From: Mobula hypostoma
Lineage: Eukaryota
Length of the DNA: 64,000 bases
Assembly: GCF_963921235.1 (NCBI RefSeq)
Contig: NC_086097.1
Coordinates: forward strand, 199,952,001 to 200,016,000
Direction: 5' to 3'
In this document: piece by piece, positions 60,001 through 64,000 of the stretch
How the letters are laid out: the number at the start of each line of letters is the position of its first letter
Numbering within the stretch: the stretch's first letter is position 1
Position numbers and translations under genes: made by a program
Notes under the pieces: generated by a model
What the model was told of the DNA's origin: nothing
The model's input: the letters and a program-made list of their open reading frames with translations, nothing else
The model's database searches: none

Positions 60001-61783
60001 TGGGGTGACACCATTAAAATGGGGCGACACCATCTTAGTCCTGCTTGCACTATTTGAAGGGAATGGTAAAAGTTAATTCTTATAAGGGGAAGTGCACTTT
60101 GTTGGGCCTATACTTGTAAACACTTGCTACTCAATAAGACCTGAGAGACATTGCAGGATGTCATGATGGCAGGGAAGGAGGACTCCAGGATCTTCTGATA
60201 CTTTGCTGGAAGCCTAGGCAATAGAGGCAGTGAGATAGAGTGTCACAACTAAGTTTGTTTTCAAATCTGAGATTGCCTCTTGACCCCTCTTTTACCGGAA
60301 CCAAGAGGCACTCTCAGATTTGCAAACATACCTAGTCATAGCACTCAATGCCTTGGGGGTGTGAATTCAGGACAATAAATAATCCATAAAGCTCATGCAC
60401 ATGACCAAGTTTAAATACTACATAAGCCAGAGAGTTTTTTTTTAAAGCCAGAGGGTGGTGAATCTATGGAATTTGTTGCCACGGGCGGCAGTGGAGGCCA
60501 AGTCAGTGGGTGTATTTAAGGCAGAGATTGATAGGTATCTGAGTAGCCAGGGCATCAAAGGTTATGGTGAGAAGGCGGGGGAGAGGGACGAAATGGGAGA
60601 ATGGATCAGCTCATGATAAAATGGCGGAACAGACTCGATGGGCCGAATGGCCCACTTCTGCTCCTTTGTCTTATGGTCTTATGGTCTAAGCCAAAAGCAA
60701 TTTTAACCACAATGCCATTCTTGCATACCAACAGCCTGTCTCAATCAAACATACACCTAATACTGACTGGTGTACCTCCTCTGCTGAAACCTCACACCCA
60801 CATCTCACAACTTGTACACACTGCTGGCTCTACAGCCACAAGAGGCACACCACACAGAGCACTGACTGACAAATGTGCTGTCTCTTTGCAAGGCAAACTA
60901 GCAAATACCTAGAGGCACCTGGCAACTGAACTAGCAGGTGTAACGAGTTAAGCCTTCCTGCATGGAAGAAGCACTATTCTCCCACCTCTGGAAAAGTTGA
61001 TGCTGAGGCTGTGGACAATACCAGAGCTGAACCTTTGATAGTGCGTGCCTTCACATCCAAACCTCTTCTCCCATGCTACAAGCTACTCATTTCACAATCT
61101 CTTCTGGGTTATTACAGGTAGCTGTCATTTTCCAACTCCTCATCACTACATTCACCACAGACCAACTACTACCTAAAGACACAACCTGCACTGTAATGCT
61201 GGGTACGAGTGAGCTGCAGCCAAACGATTGCACCTGGGCTTCCACGTGCCAATGGAGGATGATGGTGTACGCCATTCCCGTGCAGAGGACTCATTGTGAT
61301 GGCAGGAAGGTCTGATGGAAGACTGTACTACAAATGTGATATTACTGAGAATAAATGTCAATGTTTTAATACTTAATATGGGGATCACGGTCGCATAGCG
61401 GTTAGCGCAACGCTATTACAGCTCGTGGTGTCAGAGTTCAGAGTTCAATTCCAGCACTGTCTGTAGGGAGCCTGTCCGTCTTCCCTGTGGAATGCATGCA
61501 TCTCCTCTGGTTTCTCTAGTTTCCTCCCACAATCCAAAGACAGAATGGATAGGTTAATTGATCACTGTAAATTGCTCCTGATTAGGCTAGTGTTAAATTG
61601 GGGTTGCCGGGGTTTGCTGGGGAGATGCCACATGAAGGGCAGAAAGAATGTACTCTGCACTGTATCACTAAATAAATAAATAAATAAATATCTGGTTCAT
61701 GAAAAAACATTTCAAAAATTACTCACCTGTTGACATTAACAGGGCTCTTTTCCACCGAATATTTTCTCTCAGATTCTTTGAAG
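9012..61783 (-). CDS. HHLA1: HHLA1 orthologue (HERV-H LTR-associating 1-like secreted glycoprotein); span of 12 reconstructed coding exons, 5' exon(s) not found
   Basis: Spliced translation: xSKNLRENIRWKRALLMST/ELPVGSFDPTTIDLTELVNKMINTTLE/GDQQYFSLLGVTSHSSLALHKVSILIYN/ISSFWKIDPSIFPMKYCYCLNNRSNDST/DFTAIVVDFVGNTTSFFKEIFKSNSILY/VSKNETDCIFICVMAGVL/DRDMTSLWFSDSLQPVINETFYNRKSTTT/VSSEEAVVQISHLSTIT/VPPIISTLITSSTEGPRRRKTTPLQAQPLT/DCRSIPKQKEEEKPIEGIQNIDQCVLELCRFFQRCLCKIKRGIQSQRAVI/MYCTDHYSWYQAQKNNICRVTKKSSKLK/SLKKICLSKICKSN*. It matches, in order, motifs I recall from human HHLA1 (LTELVN, FSLLSVTS, YCYCLNNRTND, DFTALLVD, EIFKSTSIL, DCIFICVM, ELCQFFQQCLC, YCLEYYSW, C-terminal ICKS). All junctions are AG..GT and phase-compatible. 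Confidence 0.93.
9486..9568 (-). CDS. HHLA1: HHLA1 penultimate coding exon MYCTDHYSWYQAQKNNICRVTKKSSKLK
   Basis: 83 nt, phase 2-1, acceptor tatgcag, donor |gtaagt; YCxxxYSW...IC motif. Confidence 0.95.
10825..10975 (-). CDS. HHLA1: HHLA1 coding exon DCRSIPK...CVLELCRFFQRCLCKIKRGIQSQRAVI
   Basis: 151 nt, phase 1-2, donor |gtaagt; contains the ELCxFFQxCLC motif. Confidence 0.95.
11095..11550 (-). mobile_element. Degenerate CR1 3' fragment
   Basis: tacagcacagaaacaggccctt tail and CR1 C-terminal remnant. Confidence 0.65.
13029..13118 (-). CDS. HHLA1: Probable HHLA1 linker exon VPPIISTLITSSTEGPRRRKTTPLQAQPLT
   Basis: 90 nt, phase 1-1, acceptor tttgcttttacatttcag, donor CAG|gtgcat; Ser/Thr/Pro-rich, consistent with the mucin-like middle of HHLA1. 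Confidence 0.72.
13336..14140 (+). mobile_element. Internally deleted Chapaev3-type (CMC) DNA transposon
   Basis: ORF 13571..13837 has SLKIYFLHSHLDFFPANLGAVSDEHDERFHQD; imperfect TIRs caatggacagcaa / reverse complement cactggacaacaa; flanks cta / tta fit a 3-bp TWA duplication with one change. Confidence 0.8.
14382..15692 (+). mobile_element. CR1 3' fragment interrupted by a younger CR1 fragment (about 14835-15250)
   Basis: The host RT C-terminus breaks at ...RFTRML and resumes at PGLGSM (about 15250). The inserted piece is nearly identical to the reverse complement of 1837-2240. Confidence 0.9.
15695..18888 (+). mobile_element. Decayed near-full-length CR1 (ORF1 SGNH esterase remnant plus deleted ORF2)
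   Basis: ORF 15952..16386 has HIGTDD and DGLHLN (CR1 ORF1 esterase); endonuclease and RT fragments follow with large deletions; tail ttctatgctctatg. Confidence 0.9.
19230..19460 (-). mobile_element. Old Deu-domain SINE (SacSINE1-like) remnant
   Basis: tgggatctttta..ctgagagggca...gaaag...acagtg...tgtcagcctg...ttgaactca follows the recalled DeuSINE consensus in order; highly diverged. Confidence 0.55.
19863..21065 (-). mobile_element. Tandem CR1 3' fragments, the longer one interrupted by a SINE
   Basis: Two (taagacca)n tails at about 19863 and 20020; ORF 20198..20464 is the CR1 C-terminus; the sequence resumes after 20900. Confidence 0.8.
20601..20887 (-). mobile_element. tRNA-derived CORE-type SINE, full length, 13-bp TSD
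   Basis: TSD tgtggtctgacca at 20588-20600 and 20888-20900. The minus strand shows A box tggccgtggttaagg, B box gagttcgagcc and CORE-like gtgtccttgagcaaggcacttaa. Confidence 0.88.
21302..21886 (+). repeat. Direct copy of 18615-19175 (CR1 3' end plus about 290 bp of its downstream flank) followed by an extra CR1-like tail
   Basis: The flank 'tagatccattctttaaatgagattcaaataatgattactgttaatgcaa...gtcagtttatacttggcaagaccccacagaga' occurs after both CR1 ends. Confidence 0.9.
22122..22172 (-). CDS. HHLA1: Probable HHLA1 linker exon VSSEEAVVQISHLSTIT
   Basis: 51 nt, phase 1-1, pyrimidine tract ttctcttttactcttgtctaaag, donor CTG|gtaata; Ser/Thr-rich, no direct homology support. Confidence 0.55.
23337..23948. 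mobile_element. Penelope-like element terminus arranged as an inverted repeat (about 255-bp arms) with hammerhead motifs
   Basis: Arms 23337-23591 and 23620-23872 are reverse complements; tcacatctc flanks both ends (23335-23343, 23949-23957); CTGACGA...GAAA cores occur on both arms. Confidence 0.85.
23814..23856 (+). ncRNA. Minimal type I hammerhead ribozyme motif (degenerate); mirror copy on the minus strand at about 23353-23395
   Basis: Plus arm agtc-CTGACGA-atggtctcagcct-GAAAT-GTC-gacc; minus arm agtc-CTGACGA-agggtctcggcct-GAAAC-TTC-gact. Each copy has substitutions relative to an ideal fold. Confidence 0.6.
24741..24827 (-). CDS. HHLA1: HHLA1 coding exon DRDMTSLWFSDSLQPVINETFYNRKSTTT
   Basis: 87 nt, phase 1-1, acceptor gattttgcag, donor CTG|gtcagt; only this frame is open; PVINETF resembles recalled human PIINYTF. 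Confidence 0.9.
25437..25660. mobile_element. Short fold-back Penelope-derived element
   Basis: gagcaacacacacaaaatgctggagaaactcag ... ctgagttcctccaacattttgtgtgtgttgctc inverted arms around gagacccttcatcag|ggtctggg. Confidence 0.75.
26220..26810 (+). mobile_element. Degenerate RTE-clade LINE fragment
   Basis: Broken-frame remnants LDALPQLP..RELNAEPS, KAPG.D and ISIHSKIGRTFARVML. A second probable RTE remnant lies at about 36010-36720. Confidence 0.6.
27757..32122 (+). mobile_element. Full-length CR1 LINE: 5'UTR, intact ORF1, disrupted ORF2, (tcttatgg)n tail
   Basis: ORF1 28104..29033; ORF2 pieces 29234..30163 (APE endonuclease), 30317..31507 (RT, FADD) and 31520..32026. Confidence 0.96.
28104..29033 (+). 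CDS. CR1 ORF1p: CxxC..CxxC zinc finger, coiled coil, SGNH esterase-like domain
   Basis: 309 aa from ATG; CSGC...CARC, LRDRVRDLELQLDDL, RDSIVR (GDS block), HVGTND, DRLHLN. Confidence 0.88.
   Translation: MPAGLVLCSGCQKWESWEISSLPDGHNCARCTEMQLLRDRVRDLELQLDDLLLIKESEEVIDRSYREVVIPRLQGSENWVTVKRGKGNAQIVESTPVAVPLSNKYLVLDAVEGDDLTGDAHGDRVSGTEPGAVVQERRREKRNAVAVRDSIVRGMDRRFCEPDRDTRMVCCLPGARVRDVSDRVLNILQREGEQPVVLVHVGTNDIDRTKEEVLKRYFQELGRKLRSRTSRVVISGLLHMPRASEGKNSRIRQINAWLRDWCRGQGFRFLDNWDLFWGKYDLFKKDRLHLNLKGNNILVGKFNRAVREG
34421..34519. repeat. Perfect tandem repeat, 33 bp x 3
   Basis: Unit attttagcctctctagcttcactaggggaaatt. Confidence 0.97.
34793..35960 (-). mobile_element. Degenerate Rex1/Babar LINE
   Basis: ORF 35251..35697 (KFLCVHIADDLT...HLHFLRKLRQA); RT remnant with LISTQPTA / DNTTVVGLIS-like segments; (ttgaac)n tail at about 34795-34820. 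Confidence 0.8.
37165..39110 (-). mobile_element. Decayed Penelope-like retroelement (RT remnant plus terminal repeat), split by a Rex1/Babar insertion
   Basis: LKFTWSISDTSFFFLDLSVSISGDKLST in ORF 37420..37746; the terminus at 37165-37290 is homologous to 23821-23948. Confidence 0.8.
37929..38745 (+). mobile_element. Rex1/Babar LINE 3' part
   Basis: LALNISKTKELIVDFRK, ESILTGCITVWYG, HPGHALFSLLPSGRRYR; ends in aataaacctg(attctg)n. Confidence 0.9.
39534..39587 (-). CDS. HHLA1: HHLA1 coding exon VSKNETDCIFICVMAGVL
   Basis: 54 nt, phase 1-1, acceptor tttccattgcag, donor TAG|gtgaga; contains the DCIFICVM motif. Confidence 0.95.
40560..40923. repeat. Degenerate about 25-bp tandem array, continuing at about 43915-44060 beyond the CR1
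   Basis: Recurring cattcccaggatcaccaaccct-like units. Confidence 0.55.
40924..43903 (+). mobile_element. CR1 LINE, 5'-truncated just upstream of ORF2; near-identical to 29059-32122
   Basis: ORF pieces 41083..41948 (endonuclease), 42163..43350 (RT) and 43363..; possible TSD aaattc at 40919-40924 and 43911-43916. Confidence 0.96.
44169..44252 (-). CDS. HHLA1: HHLA1 coding exon DFTAIVVDFVGNTTSFFKEIFKSNSILY
   Basis: 84 nt, phase 1-1, acceptor ttgtttttacag. The donor ATG|gtttct is weak and was chosen by homology. Confidence 0.92.
45373..45456 (-). CDS. HHLA1: HHLA1 coding exon ISSFWKIDPSIFPMKYCYCLNNRSNDST
   Basis: 84 nt, phase 1-1, acceptor cccatag, donor CAG|gttagt; contains the YCYCLNNR motif. 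Confidence 0.96.
45556..45639 (-). CDS. HHLA1: HHLA1 coding exon GDQQYFSLLGVTSHSSLALHKVSILIYN
   Basis: 84 nt, phase 1-1, acceptor tttacag, donor |gtaagt. Confidence 0.95.
45779..45859 (-). CDS. HHLA1: HHLA1 coding exon ELPVGSFDPTTIDLTELVNKMINTTLE
   Basis: 81 nt, phase 1-1, acceptor cttcttctctttcag, donor AAG|gtaaaa; lies inside ORF 45711..45893. Confidence 0.95.
45962..46042. repeat. Compound TG/TA/CA microsatellite
   Basis: Alternating purine-pyrimidine run tatgtgtatgtgtatg...tatatatatacacatacacatacatatg. Confidence 0.9.
46390..48130 (+). mobile_element. Degenerate CR1 RT-3' fragment with internal insertion (about 47150-47420)
   Basis: GNYRPVNLTS, DFSKAFDKV, SGVLQESVLGPLLF, FVDD remnants. 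Confidence 0.85.
48550..49862 (-). mobile_element. Degenerate CR1 RT-3' fragment
   Basis: ORFs 48906..49142 (RPHFEYC) and 49267..49551 (YINDLD..KFEDN). Confidence 0.88.
52420..53405 (-). mobile_element. CR1 RT-3' fragment
   Basis: ORFs 52782..53468 (GPLLF..FADD..RPNLEYC) and 52396..52767. Confidence 0.92.
53660..57981 (+). mobile_element. Decayed full-length Ty3/Gypsy LTR retrotransposon
   Basis: TG..CA LTRs at 53660-53885 and 57746-57981; PBS tggtgacgag at 53887; polypurine tract before the 3' LTR; 5-bp TSD catat (53655-53659, 57982-57986). Gag with CCHC knuckle (CRKCNKVGHIHRAC), protease LDTGS, RT (RICGDFK, LPRIEDIF), RNase H (LACDTSPYGIGAV) and partial integrase (APYHPATNGL), all frameshifted. 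Confidence 0.95.
60435..60687 (+). mobile_element. CR1 3' fragment, same family as 27757-32122
   Basis: Nearly identical to 31875-32120, including the (tcttatgg)n tail. Confidence 0.92.
61385..61690 (+). mobile_element. Full-length V-SINE (HE1-like) with (taaa)n tail
   Basis: A-box-like gcatagcggttagcg, B box gagttcaattcc, V-domain-like gtttcctcccacaatccaaaga, tail taaataaataaataaataaata. Confidence 0.8.
61727..61783 (-). CDS. HHLA1: HHLA1 coding exon (most 5' one found), SKNLRENIRWKRALLMST
   Basis: 57 nt, phase 1-1, acceptor tgtccag, strong donor CAG|gtgagt; joins in frame to give ...MST-ELP, like recalled human ...ATT-ELP. Sequence similarity is low. Confidence 0.72.
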
Positions 61784-64000
61784 CTGGACATAAGTTATTG
61801 TTAGTGAGAACAATACAGGAAAGAAAGAATGAACAAATTTAAACTCCCATGCATAATTTTCCCAAACCAGTTATCTTCAGCACGTCAAAATGAAGTTGTC
61901 ATTCTGAGTCCCATTTGACTGCAGACCAGGATGTTTTTCCCTAGAAAAGAGAGATCTCTAAGGGAATCATTAAACAAAAGGAAAGAAGTGTGGAAAAACA
62001 AGGTCGGCGCAGTAGTGCAGCAGTTTGTGCTACTGTCTTATGGCTCAAGGGATATGGGTTTGATCCTGACCTCAGATGATATCCGTGTGAACTCTGCTCG
62101 TTCTCCCTCTCACCACATGAGTTTCCATCATGTGTTCTGGCTTCCTCCCATATTCCCCTCAGATCCCAAAGATGTGTTGGTAAGATAAAATTAAGATGGA
62201 AACATACAGAGAAATGCGTTGTTTGCATCAATGTCCAAGGATGTGCTGGGGGCAGTCCATAAGTTCGCCATGCTTCCAGCACTAAAGTAGCATGCCCATA
62301 ACTCTAATTGGTAGGTCTATAGGATGTGGGAGGAAATGCACACAATCACGGAAAGAACGTAAAACTCCTTAGTGGGAAATGAACCCAACCTTACAGCTCA
62401 CCATAAGGTGTTATACTAACCACAATGCTATTGTGTTGCTGCTAATTGGCTGCTCTAATGCAGATAAGTGGCAGAATAATCAACAATGAGCTGGTGGGCA
62501 TGTGGGAGAGAATAAATTACAGAGGGCGGTGGAATGGTACTGGTAAGATTGCTCTGTTGAGAGCAAGCATGAACTCAATGGGCTGAGTGTCCTTCTGAAT
62601 TGTAATAAATAGGTAAGGAATGTTTGTATTGTGTATTCATGCTCGACAAGGGATGGTTTTAGATCCACAATCAAAATCTAATGGTTTTAGATGTTTGAAT
62701 GCTCAGTGAATCACTTCACGGATAAATGAGAATTTCATCCTCTTCTGTGCTGGGGTCTGATTGTTCCATTTGAGACAGCAACAATGTCAAAGCACAGCAG
62801 GCAAAAACATCCAAAAACAGATAACAACATGAATTCCTACTGAGGTTCCACTTGTCAATGATGTGCAAGATTTCTCTGCCTAACACTGGCAGCACTGCAG
62901 TCTGGAAATTGTCATTTTATATTTTAAGAAGTATTCGTAATTACAAGGAAAGAAAAATCCCTATAAATGTATATATATAAACGACATATATATATATAAA
63001 AGAAATCTATTCATTTTAGATATTAGCATGCAAATTTTCACACCCCATTAGTTCCCAGTATATCATGTCACTGACGTTAAGGATTACAAATGCAGGAGAT
63101 TTGTAAATTTTTCCACTGAGGCAAAGGTCTCTTAACAACATAATCAGGATTAACAATCACAATATACTTGTAATTATCTACTGTATTTAATGCTGTAGGA
63201 TCCTGTGCATTACCTGTGTACACATCAGACTTGGTGTATTGATGTAATAAATGCAATTTGTACTTTTTAAATGATTTGTTGTTCATGAAGGGCAAATCTT
63301 ACGGATAGTTTTACTTGGATTTTTTCCAATTCATTTGAAGATATTGTAAGCACGAAGCACATAGAACATAGAACGTAAGATTATATTTCCACTTAATTTA
63401 ACAAAGTCACTTAAAACTTCATAAGAATGATTGTCTATGCTTGTAACTGATTAAAGCAATGAAGCGCTCCAATATTCCTGTAATACTATCTGCAACTGGT
63501 AGTCTGTGTATTGTTCAGGTAAAAAAGTATGATATGCTTCAATGAGTTACTTGTGGAGTTCAGGTATTATCTTGCTCCATCAGTAGAACAATTTTTGTTT
63601 CCCGAATAAATTTTCAAAAGGATTTCAACAGAAATTATGTTATGTTTAAAGCTATATTGTCAATAAACAATGGCAAATACTGTACAGAATAAGAATCAGC
63701 TGATTAGGAATTGAATGGTTAAATGAGGCCACATACTATTTTACCCACAGAATTGCAAAGTATTTGGTTGTACAGGATAATCTGTTAATATCCTGGTAGA
63801 TGCTAGGACAGGTATGCCTGTTTATTTCCTAGTGGTTGGTAGGACAGGTTGATCTGTCAGCCCCCAGGAGTGTTGAGCCATTCAGTGGAGCACAGGGTAG
63901 CTGACTGGTTCTGACAAATACTGGTTGCCATTATTCCACTCTATGATTTCTGCACTGAGAAATACAATGTACTTAGTACTAAACTGTGGCTTTCCAACAG

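Noticed and set aside
62735..62830. Signal-peptide-like ORF MLLSVFGCFCLLCFDIVAVSNG... upstream of the first HHLA1 exon found
   Set aside because: I found no convincing phase-1 GT donor after the hydrophobic stretch before the stop, so it cannot be joined to 61783 as it stands.
63214..63286. ATG-initiated frame ending at a good phase-1 donor (CAG|gtaatg), MNNKSFKKYKLHLLHQYTKSDVYT
   Set aside because: It is not a signal peptide and has no homology; cannot be supported without transcripts.

Overview
Repeat-rich vertebrate genomic DNA, very probably from a cartilaginous fish (ray/shark-type CR1 LINEs, HE1/V-SINE-like and Deu-domain SINEs; this is inference). The only host gene I can support is a minus-strand, multi-exon HHLA1 orthologue. 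I reconstructed 12 coding exons by hand between 61783 and 9012. All have AG/GT boundaries and compatible phases, together giving 950 nt of open frame ending in a stop. The signal-peptide/start exon was not identified. Introns and flank are filled with CR1 LINEs (one full length, several nested), Rex1/Babar and RTE fragments, Penelope-like elements carrying minimal hammerhead-ribozyme motifs and fold-back structures, a decayed full-length Gypsy LTR element with a 5-bp TSD, a Chapaev3-type DNA transposon and several SINEs. Most ORFs in the supplied track are transposon fragments or antisense noise. Family and orthology calls rest on recalled motifs, not on database searches.
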